Virus record (IMG/VR): IMGVR_UViG_3300025018_000091
DNA length: 64,000 bases
Direction: 5' to 3' (one strand)
Origin: a virus
Lineage: Duplodnaviria > Caudoviricetes
Positions 27,542 through 37,358 of this stretch are shown here, piece after piece (position 1 is the stretch's first letter; each line of letters starts with the position of its first letter). Below the pieces are notes generated by a model. That model saw only the letters and a program-made list of their open reading frames with translations, ran no database searches and was not told the DNA's origin. A program made the position numbers and the translations under genes.

Positions 27542-28549
27542 TTATAAAGCGGTTCTTAATCCACCCATAACCGCTATATCTCCGTTTGTTCCAAAATATA
27601 ATGATGGACCCACGTATGTATTATTCATAAGAGGAATGTGTTTTCCTACATTATACGCAAACGGCGTAACTACTCCTTGCAGTTTGCCGCTAACTATTCC
27701 ATAACCAAATCCAAGTTGTAAGAATGAAAAATCAGGCTGATTTTTATATCTTCCATATGACATAAACCCTATATCCAGGTTAGGCGCAAATTCAGCATTC
27801 ATTTGTGACAAATTTAAACCAGTATCAACCCCCATAAATAACCTGGGGTTCCAAAAACTAAAACCAGCTTCAGGATACTCCTGCTTAGAAACTGCTTTAT
27901 CAATTCTTAAATCATATGATCTGCCATCTACAACTACAGTGAATTTATTATAAATGTATTCTCTTTGATTTTCATCAACTCCAGTAACCGTGGTTACTCT
28001 ATATTGTCTCGGTAATACATTTATATACCATGGATCTTTTTTCCATGCAGAAAATCCAACCTGACCAAATGGCACAGATGTATTTCCAAATTGTTCTGAT
28101 AAATCTAAATCTTTACGTGCCGCCATATATCCAAAAGGATCTGCATTAGGACACGGAACTTGGGTTCCATTACAATCTACTGTTGGTGTTTGTGGATTAG
28201 GATTAGTAGGACCCGTATTGGTACTTGGTACATTATCCTTTTTTGTTCCATTACTTACAACCGTAACAACATTTATGGATTTAATCTCTGCATGCAACTT
28301 ATCCATATCATTTCGAATTGCATCTAATGCTACACCATTATTTTTAGCAAATACTTCAATATCTTTTCTTGTGGCATATTCGCCCATACTACGAGTTATT
28401 CCGTCAGTTAATTCTTTTTGTTTAATAACTTCAGTTTCTATAGCTTTCTGTCTTTCTGAAATTTCAAATTGCTTATATATTATTAATGAAGTTGCACACA
28501 AAGCAACAATAACGCCAACTGTAATTAATATTTTTGTTAGTAATGACAT
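27542..28549 (-). CDS. Membrane-anchored protein with coiled coil and C-terminal amphipathic beta-strands (spanin-like candidate)
   Basis: N-terminal hydrophobic stretch ILITVGVIVALCATSLIIY, heptad region, then strands RLFMGVDTGL / FSFLQLGFGY / YVGPSLYF / IAVMGGLRTAL. Confidence 0.55.
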   Translation of the reverse strand: MSLLTKILITVGVIVALCATSLIIYKQFEISERQKAIETEVIKQKELTDGITRSMGEYATRKDIEVFAKNNGVALDAIRNDMDKLHAEIKSINVVTVVSNGTKKDNVPSTNTGPTNPNPQTPTVDCNGTQVPCPNADPFGYMAARKDLDLSEQFGNTSVPFGQVGFSAWKKDPWYINVLPRQYRVTTVTGVDENQREYIYNKFTVVVDGRSYDLRIDKAVSKQEYPEAGFSFWNPRLFMGVDTGLNLSQMNAEFAPNLDIGFMSYGRYKNQPDFSFLQLGFGYGIVSGKLQGVVTPFAYNVGKHIPLMNNTYVGPSLYFGTNGDIAVMGGLRTAL

Positions 28550-28637
28550 GATAACCTTAGAGGTATATAATTCCTGTACACCTCCACCTATACCAAATCA
28601 TTTCATCCATTTATTTACAAAAATATCTCTGGCTGAT

Positions 28638-29597
28638 TTATACAATTGGTAACTTTTTTCTATTTCCAGCACAATCGGGGCACCAATGTCCCCTTTCTAT
28701 AGAATATCCAATAGCTGTCCATATATGTCCATTTTTACATTTCCAAATTAATTTTGTATTATAATTAATATATATATTACTCAAACACTCGCCATCCCTA
28801 TTTTTTGCCAACTCTTTATATTTTTGGATTTTATCAGAGTATAATTTGGTTAAATCCAAAAAAATATCTCTAGGTATAAATCCATATTCTATTAAAATAT
28901 TATTAATTATATCAGTAATTGATTTTAAATTAACATGATTATTGAAATATGGAATTAAAATCAATAAAACATTATTTTCTGAACATAATTTTTGTTTAAG
29001 TAAATCATCTTCTTTTCTTTTATCTAATTGTTTTTGAGTTTTAATAAAAAAACCATCTATTTCATAATGTTGAATTCCTTGATATTCAAAAGCAATTTTT
29101 AATTCAGAATTAAATCCATCTAATTCTAATAATGATCCTGATTTTTTTCTTAACCATTTTGGTTTAGCCTTAGAAAACGGTTTTTTAAAAAATTGTTCAA
29201 AAAATAATCTACATATATTCTCTCCAACATGAGTATTGCAAATAGGGCACCAAGAATTTTTTGATTTCACATTATTAAAATTTGCCTTCCATATATGTCC
29301 AAATTTGCACTCCCATTTTAATGCTGTGGCAGAATTTACATATTTTGTAGATCTACAATAACCATCTTTGGATTTAGCAAAATATATACAGTCTTGTAAT
29401 GTTAATTTTTTATTTTGAGAACAAACTGGACACCATTTACCACATTTAATATTTGCTGGAGATGCCCGCCAAATATGACCAAACTCACATTCCCATAATA
29501 ATTTAGAATGAATAGATACATACTCTTTAGATAAACATTTTCCGCCTTTATCTACTGCATATTTATTGCAAATAGATAAAAAATCATATTTGGTCAT
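28638..29597 (-). CDS. Zinc-ribbon-repeat PD-(D/E)XK-type endonuclease (free-standing)
   Basis: Three GxCLSxxY...LxWxCxxGHxW...WCPxC repeats flanking LELDGF...IAFEYQGIQHY; start adjusted to the ATGA overlap. Confidence 0.8.
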   Translation of the reverse strand: MTKYDFLSICNKYAVDKGGKCLSKEYVSIHSKLLWECEFGHIWRASPANIKCGKWCPVCSQNKKLTLQDCIYFAKSKDGYCRSTKYVNSATALKWECKFGHIWKANFNNVKSKNSWCPICNTHVGENICRLFFEQFFKKPFSKAKPKWLRKKSGSLLELDGFNSELKIAFEYQGIQHYEIDGFFIKTQKQLDKRKEDDLLKQKLCSENNVLLILIPYFNNHVNLKSITDIINNILIEYGFIPRDIFLDLTKLYSDKIQKYKELAKNRDGECLSNIYINYNTKLIWKCKNGHIWTAIGYSIERGHWCPDCAGNRKKLPIV

Positions 29598-30280
29598 TTT
29601 ATTATATGTTTTTCCCATTTTTTTATGAAAATACTTCTTGCATTTTTATATAGTTTATAAGTATTTAACTGCTTACTACTGATTTTACCAAAATGAACAA
29701 CCGGAATATCTACGACACTTAATTGTATTCCCTTTTCTCGTGCTCTAAAAGATAAATCGGTATCTTCAAAGTAACAAAAGAACTCTTCACTAAATATCTC
29801 TTTATTACCAGAAATATCTAATTTTTGCCATATTTCTTTTGAACTAGCAATACACCAACCAGATAGATATGACCTTTTAGTTGGAAGTTGCCCATCTGCT
29901 TCCATTACAAATTCTAATTTATCATTCAATAATCCCATTGTTGGTCCACATAAAGCATCTGAACACTTATCAATAAGCGGCTTTGTCCAATCAGAATAAT
30001 TAGATTTAACTCTGATATCATTGTTTAAAAACAAAACATTAGGGGCGCTGGAATATAAATAACCATAATTACACCCACTTGCAAATCCTGAATTATGACC
30101 CATTTCTTTATACACAATTTCTTTTGAATTTTTTAATTGAGATTTTGTTTCATCTGTACTACCATTATCTATGATAATTATCTCATGATCATTTGATAGT
30201 TGAGATAAGTCTTTTAAACATGATTTTGTAAAGTTATATTTATTAAATACAGGAATAACTATACTTAATATCTTATTCAT
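29594..30280 (-). CDS. GT2 glycosyltransferase
   Basis: SIVIPVFN, IIDNGSTD, NSGFASGCN, FLNNDI, LSGWCI, YFEDTDLS.R. Confidence 0.9.
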   Translation of the reverse strand: MNKILSIVIPVFNKYNFTKSCLKDLSQLSNDHEIIIIDNGSTDETKSQLKNSKEIVYKEMGHNSGFASGCNYGYLYSSAPNVLFLNNDIRVKSNYSDWTKPLIDKCSDALCGPTMGLLNDKLEFVMEADGQLPTKRSYLSGWCIASSKEIWQKLDISGNKEIFSEEFFCYFEDTDLSFRAREKGIQLSVVDIPVVHFGKISSKQLNTYKLYKNARSIFIKKWEKHIIK

Positions 30281-30683
30281 TAAGATTCTCCATTTTACTT
30301 AACTTAGTTATTGCTTCAGGATTTACTAAACTCATACTAATTGTTTCATGTACAGCCCATCCAAGTAATAAATGTCTATTAGATTTAATTATTCTTTTTC
30401 TTGGATCAATAATTATAGTATTATGATCAAATGGTTCTAATTTTGGAATATCTGGTCCTAAAACTTCAATATCCATTCTAACAGAAACTTCCTCAAGTAA
30501 TTTTAAATCTTCAAGTTCTATAATTTCTCCGGGAAAACATAGCTTATTTTCTTTAAGATACAAATTAGATTTAGGAAGATATGTAATACTATCTTCATTT
30601 ACAGAGGTTAATAATTTTTTGTGTAACTTTTCCCCAAGTATATTCAGTAACCAGTTCTTGCATTTTAGGAGAGAATTTTGCAT
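30273..30683 (-). CDS. Hypothetical protein overlapping the 3' end of the GT4 gene
   Basis: Perfect GGAGG SD 5 nt before ATG 30683 (MQNSLL...), 89 nt inside the GT4 CDS. Confidence 0.55.
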   Translation of the reverse strand: MQNSLLKCKNWLLNILGEKLHKKLLTSVNEDSITYLPKSNLYLKENKLCFPGEIIELEDLKLLEEVSVRMDIEVLGPDIPKLEPFDHNTIIIDPRKRIIKSNRHLLLGWAVHETISMSLVNPEAITKLSKMENLNE

Positions 30684-31722
30684 GGTAGCCTCCATAATTA
30701 TTCACAACATCTTTTAACGCCTGAGCCGCTTTATCAACATCAGGTTCAAATACTTTTGCATATGGCGATGGTTCCCAATATTGCATTCTTTTATCTGCTC
30801 TAATTTCTTTTCCATCTATTAGAACGGAATTATCATCGTTCATAAAATCTAATTGACCACCATAACGAGGCGCAACAACAATTTTATTAGCTCCAAATCC
30901 TTCTAAACCTGGCATCCAAAAACATTCAGCATGAGACATTGAAAATACAATATCACAAGCATTGTATAATGATTCAATATCTGTAATAAAATGATCAATT
31001 ATCTCTACTTCACCACGCTTTTTATATTCCATACAAAAATCTCTATAAATATCATTGAATGGTATACTGCTCGTATGAGTATGTGATTGTGGGCTGGTTC
31101 TTGATACCTTCAAAACCAAACAAACATCATCACTTTTAGTAAAAGCTTTACCATATGCTTTCAAAACATTTGGAATATTCTTTCTAAGATGTGGTTGAGC
31201 TATATTAACTAATATTTTATATTTCTTTTTAGTTTTTAGTGGATATTTATCTGCCGATTTAAACTTATCTAAATGTATACCATGTGGAATAACAACTTGA
31301 TGATCTGATGGCATGCCATTATCTGTAAATATCTTTTTAGAAAAATTAGATGACGGTAATACTTTATCTACAGATTTATAATATTTTGCAAAAGCAGGTG
31401 GTAAAACTGTTGTCTCGTAATTCCAAATTCCAAATCTATTTTTATCGCCTCTTACAAAATAATAAGGAAAATTCTTAAGTGCAGTATAGGATAGTTGACA
31501 TTCGTATAATTTATCTGGCTCTCTACCGAAAATATGTTGAGGTTCATTTTCATTTATGAATCCAACTAAATTATTTTTAAGATCATTTGGGAAATATGTA
31601 TTTCCATTTGTTGAAAATATATGTACTTCATTATTTTGTTTAATCAACTCTCTACATATATTTTGAGCTACAATTGACCAAGAAAAGTTTTTGGCAGCAA
31701 AACCATACCATAAAATCTTCAT
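30595..31722 (-). CDS. GT4 (GT-B fold) glycosyltransferase
   Basis: IWNYETT.LP, VIPHG, RKNIP.VLKAY...F, AECFWMPGLE (EX7E), PRYGGQLDF, YTW.KV. Confidence 0.9.
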   Translation of the reverse strand: MKILWYGFAAKNFSWSIVAQNICRELIKQNNEVHIFSTNGNTYFPNDLKNNLVGFINENEPQHIFGREPDKLYECQLSYTALKNFPYYFVRGDKNRFGIWNYETTVLPPAFAKYYKSVDKVLPSSNFSKKIFTDNGMPSDHQVVIPHGIHLDKFKSADKYPLKTKKKYKILVNIAQPHLRKNIPNVLKAYGKAFTKSDDVCLVLKVSRTSPQSHTHTSSIPFNDIYRDFCMEYKKRGEVEIIDHFITDIESLYNACDIVFSMSHAECFWMPGLEGFGANKIVVAPRYGGQLDFMNDDNSVLIDGKEIRADKRMQYWEPSPYAKVFEPDVDKAAQALKDVVNNYGGYHAKFSPKMQELVTEYTWGKVTQKIINLCK

Positions 31723-32423
31723 CTTCTATTCCCGTTTTTAATATTTTCTTTAGCAGAATAAGGTCTCAAATTTTCCAATGACCAACATTTCTTAAAATTT
31801 TCATCATTCATCGATGTATATGGTAATTTACTTTGTGGAATTATATGATCTATATTCCATTTCCAAGTATTTTTATCTTGATCATTCCAATTACTTAGAT
31901 CATATTTACCATGATTGTCCCAATTCATCCATGGCTCAAATAAAGATTCTAGATAACTTTTTAACTCATCAATAGTATAATCTAGATAATTTATACAAGA
32001 AGAATTCTTTATACTATTATTATTTTTTAATGCAGACCCTATATATATTGAAATATACTGCCTTAACTTAAATTCAATATCTGTTTTTCTTCTATCAATC
32101 ATTTTATGATTTCTTTGATTTTTATAAGAGTTTTGATATTTTCTAATACAATCTTTACATCTTCCAACAAAATATAATCCTTTGATGCCTTTTCTTTGAT
32201 GGAAATTATCAGAATTAGCTTCTTTTTCTATTTTACACGAAGAGCATATTTTGGTTACACAATTATATAATGATTTGTTTTTTGTATATAATCGCTCACA
32301 ATAATACTTACTTGTACACTTTTTACATTTTGTACGATAATATTGTTTTCCATTTCTGCCTTTAGTAATAGGGAAATTTTTAATATTTTGCAATATACCA
32401 CAATTAGAACATACCTTCTTCAT
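31719..32423 (-). CDS. Free-standing HNH-type homing endonuclease, paralog 2
   Basis: Two CxxC...CxxC repeats, WMNWDNHG...WNIDHIIP...CWSLENLRP...N; start at ATG 32423 or 32429. Confidence 0.8.
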   Translation of the reverse strand: MKKVCSNCGILQNIKNFPITKGRNGKQYYRTKCKKCTSKYYCERLYTKNKSLYNCVTKICSSCKIEKEANSDNFHQRKGIKGLYFVGRCKDCIRKYQNSYKNQRNHKMIDRRKTDIEFKLRQYISIYIGSALKNNNSIKNSSCINYLDYTIDELKSYLESLFEPWMNWDNHGKYDLSNWNDQDKNTWKWNIDHIIPQSKLPYTSMNDENFKKCWSLENLRPYSAKENIKNGNRR

Positions 32424-32428
32424 ACCCA

Positions 32429-32444
32429 TATATCACAGTATTAG
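32429..32444 (-). promoter_or_regulatory. Candidate late-promoter motif CTAAT-N6-ATAT
   Basis: Coding strand CTAATACTGTGATATA, directly before the HNH gene. Confidence 0.4.
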
Positions 32445-32462
32445 TATTTTGCAAAACTTTAT

Positions 32463-33209
32463 TTAACTCCACAAATTGCGCCTAATTTTCATCAATCTCG
32501 CAATCATTTCATCTGTCTTACGCTCAAACTCTTCTTCCATAGCTCTCATTTTTTTCCATAAATATTCAGTATTATTTGCTTTTTCTTTTCTCGATATAGA
32601 CCATTGATGTCGCATATTCTCATATGCTTTATATTCAATTTTTCTATCATAAGTCCACCACTTATGAATGGCTAATATTTCAAAATATATTTCCCTTTGA
32701 GATATTAGAGATTTCTGAGACCACTTTAGAAGGTCATTTTCAGCATTTTTAATTTCTTCTTCTGTAGGACAATATAAATTTGGAAGTTCATATTTAACAA
32801 ATTCATCTAATAGATTAAACATAGCAAATAGCATTCTTTCAGGAGTATCTCTCCAACCATATTTATATTCATCTACATCATAACCATCTTTAGACTTGGG
32901 CTGTCTTAAATCTAACATATGATATCTACGACTTGGTATACTATGAGACACAAACCAATATTTTAACTCTTTAATTGGTTTATATACAGGGTATACTAGT
33001 TTATATTTCACAAAATCTGATGCTGTTTCTGCAAAGAAATATCTAATAGGATACTTTTCTTTTACATCAGCATGCCAGTCTTCCCAAGTATACCCTTCAC
33101 AATCAGGAGTAAATTGTCTGGACTGCAAGGCATCACAGTCGCTTTTACCTAACTCTTTTGCACCAGGTAGCTTAAATAATTTTCTAAAAAACAACATAAA
33201 AATTTCCAC
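32463..33209 (-). CDS. Hypothetical protein (Trp-rich, helical)
   Basis: 248-aa ORF; GTG 33209 or ATG 33197 start; preceded by a sigma70-type promoter. Confidence 0.75.
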   Translation of the reverse strand: MEIFMLFFRKLFKLPGAKELGKSDCDALQSRQFTPDCEGYTWEDWHADVKEKYPIRYFFAETASDFVKYKLVYPVYKPIKELKYWFVSHSIPSRRYHMLDLRQPKSKDGYDVDEYKYGWRDTPERMLFAMFNLLDEFVKYELPNLYCPTEEEIKNAENDLLKWSQKSLISQREIYFEILAIHKWWTYDRKIEYKAYENMRHQWSISRKEKANNTEYLWKKMRAMEEEFERKTDEMIARLMKIRRNLWS

Positions 33210-33225
33210 GCAAGTGATTTCTCAC

Positions 33226-33253
33226 AATGTAAATCATTTTTATTTTATATCAA
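33226..33253 (-). promoter_or_regulatory. Sigma70-type promoter TTGATA-N16-TACATT
   Basis: Read directly; -10 identical to the 20782 site (shared TTACATTGT). Confidence 0.55.
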
Positions 33254-33264
33254 CCGTCACTAAA

Positions 33265-36200
33265 TTAAAGAGATAATGGAGGCATATTTGGCGTAAAATT
33301 GTAACTATGAGCCACAGTGTCGCTTGTACTGCCATCACCAGAGGTATTGTAAGGATTATTATATGTCATTACCAAACGAGCCATCTTACATATAGCAGCC
33401 TCCGTCGCGCTGCCTGGCGACAAGCTCAAATGTATTTCATATACAAAATCAGATGCCCCCTCAGATAATAACGTAGCAATATTGTTTGATGCAAGATACG
33501 TAGCTTCAGTATTTGTAGTTGTCATACCAGTTAAAGCAATATATGTATGCGTAGACACATTATATAGTTGTATCTCTGCAGTATTAGCTACATTTGTAGT
33601 TTCCAATATAACTTCAAGCTTAATTTCCTTTAGTGCTTGACCAATATATTGATCAAATCTAAATGGGAAAGCGCCAATTACTGTTGGAGAAACACTGTCA
33701 TTAGAGAATACACCAGCAGTACCATAAACATAAACTGGATTCTTATAATAAAAGCTAGGATCTAATAATCCATAACCATCTGTCTTGGGAACCCTATTAG
33801 CATCAATAGCACCACGAGAGAAAGCAATAACACCTTCAAGATCATAGATAAACTGATAACTTAAAGCTCCACCAGAACTCATTAATACAGTTCCATAAGG
33901 ACCAGTATCATTAAGTCCAGTACCACCATGCACTATTGGTAATACTCCAGTTACCTCTGTCTCTAAATCTATTAATGTTGTAGGTCCAGCATCTCCAGGT
34001 CCATTAAACACACTAATTAATGATAATATATTTCTAACCTTAGTAGAATCCACATATAATGGTAGATTGTTAAAACCACTCTTCTTTAAATAAACACTAA
34101 TTTGAATCTTAGTACGTAATGTTAGATAGACTGCATCTTCATATAAATTAGTAAAATTAAGAGTTAATAAACCATTTTCATAATCTACAGATACTCCAAT
34201 TTTTCCATCTACGACTACACCAGAATATCCGTCAGAATCTACACCATCTGTATTTGGAGAGAATGACTGAACTGCAACAGAGAATCTAACCTGATCATTA
34301 GTTAATGCATTGCTTTCTACAAAAGAACAATCAGCGAATCTCATTGCAGGGAATCCAAGCGAAGTGACACCTGTTGGTAAATTCGTAGTTCCATCTAATG
34401 TTGTTGCAATAAAATCTTGCAATATATTTAGAGTCTTTTCAGATGTATATAATCCATTAGGTATTTCTAATACTATTGTTCCAACTTCAAAATCTACCTT
34501 ATAGAAAGATCCATCGAGATTCTTTAAGTCTCCCTCTCCTATAATAATGTTATTTGGTGCAAAGATATCTACGATACCAGGATCAAAAGTAGGTTGTTCT
34601 CCATATGTATTACACAATATACCATCTAAAGAACAAGGATGTCTTCCAGAACCAGTTTGTGAAGTAAATACTGTTGGAACTAATTTTGTTTTACTATTAC
34701 TAACGATTAAACTCTCGTTCCATGTTAATTGCTTTTGAACATTAAATGTAACAGGGATAGTGTAGAAATCATGACTTGCAAAATAATCATTATCAGTAAA
34801 TACATCTTGTGGCGGATGAATTTCAGTAGATCTACCAGTTGAAACAGACGAATAGTCATCTGTTCTGTCAATGAATTTTTCAACTTTTAGTCTAAGAACA
34901 TTAAACTTATTTCCAATTTTTGTATATGGATCGGTCGTTGGAGCAGGATATGTTGAATATGGCGATAAAACATAAGGAATACGATCTATATAATTTTGTA
35001 ATAAATATCCATCACTTAAAGTAATTGCAAAATCTCCATCAATATCTGCTCTAAGTATTTGAGCAAGCGTATCACCAGTTAATATTACTTTTCTAATTGT
35101 AATAACGTCAGTGATTCCATCAATAGCAGTTATACTAAATCCGCCCGAATTAGTTAAAGTAGTTGATAATACAACTAATGTATAATCTGATAGTCCAACA
35201 ATAGTTCCAAAGGATATTGAAGAAGATGTAAATTTAGCCAATCTATCATCATTAGGATTTGCTATCAATACACCATCTGTTGCACTAGCAACAACAGTAC
35301 CATATCCATCCACTAATTGAAATTCTATTCCATACTCATCAGAAAATGCTTCTGTGTATGCACTATATCCATTTGTGAAAGTAGTAGTGCTACCGTCTGT
35401 TGTAATAACTGAGTCTTCTGGTAACCCTGTATTTAGATTATAATCTAAATATGACATTAGAAGAGTTAAATCATCTAAATCAACAATACCATCTCCATTT
35501 ACATCTCCCAATATCATTGAACAAAGTTTTGCTTCAGATACACGATAATAAATATCTGGTTTATCTGCATCTAGAGTAAATTTTGCATCAATAAAATCAC
35601 CATTTAAAATATTATATTCTAAATCAGTAACAGATGTATCGTACCTTCCAGTATCTGTTTGGTCGGTAACAATTCTTATCAAAATTTCATCTTTTACAAG
35701 CGTTGCTGAATGTAATTTAGAAGTAAACAAGGCGGTTGCTGGATCAAAAGATTTCTTGTTCTTATCTGATATTGCACCAATTAAAAATGGTTCAGATGCG
35801 GCTTCTAAATTAGCAATATCAATAGAATTTAATAATCTAATTTCTGGAACATATTGCTGACGAGAGTTAACGGACTGTCCAGTTCTTTGATCTGGTATTT
35901 GTGTACTTTCTTGAGTCGTTGCGGATACTACACCCTTATATACATCATTACCTGTAAATTGAAGTCCCTTCATGGAATAATCTATTGTTGCCAAAGATTC
36001 AGAATCAATAGTAGTCTTTGGTACAATGATGCCATGACCAGTATCATATCCTTGTCCATCTGTGATCTTTGCTGCTGAATGACAAATTCTAAACCACAAA
36101 TCTTCTTCTGGAGTATCTACCCACAATGATCCTGTAAAAGTAGTAATTCTTGAATTAGGAACTCTATCAGCACCATTATCAATTAAAATATCGCACTTAT

Positions 36201-37311
36201 TTGCAGAACCAGAACGTTTTAATGAAAAAGCATAATAATTACCTGGTACAAGGATATTACCAGATGCAATTGGACTATTACTAAAAACAAAATCGACTGG
36301 TTGAGGAACAGAATTTCCATAACCATCATCTAATACAATTCCTTGCGCTTTAAGAGTATCATAATTTATACTAATTTGAGCCAATGGAATATTATTAGGA
36401 GCAAAATCAATTGCTAAATTAGGCACAACATCTGATGGACACTCAATACTCGTTTGTAATGGATAAATACTAAGAACTAAATCACCTGTCCATGCCAAAT
36501 CTGTTTCAGCACCTAGTTCTAAGTTACGAACAGATAATAATAAAGATATCTTCTGAATATTATTGGTAGTAGCAATAAACTTTTGTCCAATTTGAGTAGT
36601 AACATCACCATTTAATAATATTTTTTGATCCTTATTTCCCGTATAGATGCCAAGGGTGTCAACGTTATAATATGGTAATGCTTCTTGCAAAGCGACAGAC
36701 AATGAAGTTGATCCATTGAAAAACAAATCTCTAAAAAATAAGTTTGGCTCTATGTCTTGTGCCAACATTATTGGATTTCTTGACAATGTAAGTGGTTTTG
36801 CCTCTCTTATTATTAGTCTACCGCCTAGATTCATAGATAAAGAGGGATCCCCAATAAAATCATTAAATAATAAAACTAAAATATTGGTAAAATGTTTATG
36901 ACTAATTTGAATTTCATTTGTTCTGAATACAAAAGTTTCAAATTGCAAGTTGCTCTCAAAATCCAAACCAATAATAGCGACCTTAATTGTCTTTTTACCA
37001 GCTGCCTTTGAGCCAGTTAGTTCTAACTCTAACTGATTTCCAAAATTACTATCTGCTGGTTGAGAGATATAATAATCTGTATCTGAAGCAGGAATAGCGT
37101 CTCCATCTAAAAATCCAGTTACTAATGAAGAATCAAAAAGAATATTTTGAACTAAAACTTCTGATAGAACACCTGTTCCAATATGATTATTTATTATACC
37201 TGATTGAATGGTATCATTATAGCCCTGTTCTAAAGTTAGATCAGAGTCATCTACTTGTTCGGCATCGAACCAGATATTTTGAATGGCGGATACGGGATTT
37301 CTTTTTGTCAT
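33265..37311 (-). CDS. Peripheral baseplate wedge/fibre-attachment protein with a split dockerin-like EF-hand pair
   Basis: Last gene of the baseplate operon; GDVNGDGIVDLDDL and ADIDGDFAITLSD loops; fibre-like GVLPIVHGGTG near the C-terminus; 5 DGY. Confidence 0.7.
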   Translation of the reverse strand: MTKRNPVSAIQNIWFDAEQVDDSDLTLEQGYNDTIQSGIINNHIGTGVLSEVLVQNILFDSSLVTGFLDGDAIPASDTDYYISQPADSNFGNQLELELTGSKAAGKKTIKVAIIGLDFESNLQFETFVFRTNEIQISHKHFTNILVLLFNDFIGDPSLSMNLGGRLIIREAKPLTLSRNPIMLAQDIEPNLFFRDLFFNGSTSLSVALQEALPYYNVDTLGIYTGNKDQKILLNGDVTTQIGQKFIATTNNIQKISLLLSVRNLELGAETDLAWTGDLVLSIYPLQTSIECPSDVVPNLAIDFAPNNIPLAQISINYDTLKAQGIVLDDGYGNSVPQPVDFVFSNSPIASGNILVPGNYYAFSLKRSGSANKCDILIDNGADRVPNSRITTFTGSLWVDTPEEDLWFRICHSAAKITDGQGYDTGHGIIVPKTTIDSESLATIDYSMKGLQFTGNDVYKGVVSATTQESTQIPDQRTGQSVNSRQQYVPEIRLLNSIDIANLEAASEPFLIGAISDKNKKSFDPATALFTSKLHSATLVKDEILIRIVTDQTDTGRYDTSVTDLEYNILNGDFIDAKFTLDADKPDIYYRVSEAKLCSMILGDVNGDGIVDLDDLTLLMSYLDYNLNTGLPEDSVITTDGSTTTFTNGYSAYTEAFSDEYGIEFQLVDGYGTVVASATDGVLIANPNDDRLAKFTSSSISFGTIVGLSDYTLVVLSTTLTNSGGFSITAIDGITDVITIRKVILTGDTLAQILRADIDGDFAITLSDGYLLQNYIDRIPYVLSPYSTYPAPTTDPYTKIGNKFNVLRLKVEKFIDRTDDYSSVSTGRSTEIHPPQDVFTDNDYFASHDFYTIPVTFNVQKQLTWNESLIVSNSKTKLVPTVFTSQTGSGRHPCSLDGILCNTYGEQPTFDPGIVDIFAPNNIIIGEGDLKNLDGSFYKVDFEVGTIVLEIPNGLYTSEKTLNILQDFIATTLDGTTNLPTGVTSLGFPAMRFADCSFVESNALTNDQVRFSVAVQSFSPNTDGVDSDGYSGVVVDGKIGVSVDYENGLLTLNFTNLYEDAVYLTLRTKIQISVYLKKSGFNNLPLYVDSTKVRNILSLISVFNGPGDAGPTTLIDLETEVTGVLPIVHGGTGLNDTGPYGTVLMSSGGALSYQFIYDLEGVIAFSRGAIDANRVPKTDGYGLLDPSFYYKNPVYVYGTAGVFSNDSVSPTVIGAFPFRFDQYIGQALKEIKLEVILETTNVANTAEIQLYNVSTHTYIALTGMTTTNTEATYLASNNIATLLSEGASDFVYEIHLSLSPGSATEAAICKMARLVMTYNNPYNTSGDGSTSDTVAHSYNFTPNMPPLSL

Positions 37312-37326
37312 GTTGATCTCATATAA

Positions 37327-37342
37327 TATGTATTAAGATTAG
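37327..37342 (-). promoter_or_regulatory. Candidate late-promoter motif CTAAT-N6-ACAT
   Basis: Coding strand CTAATCTTAATACATA, 16 nt upstream of ATG 37311. Confidence 0.45.
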
Positions 37343-37358
37343 TTACATACGCCATCTT

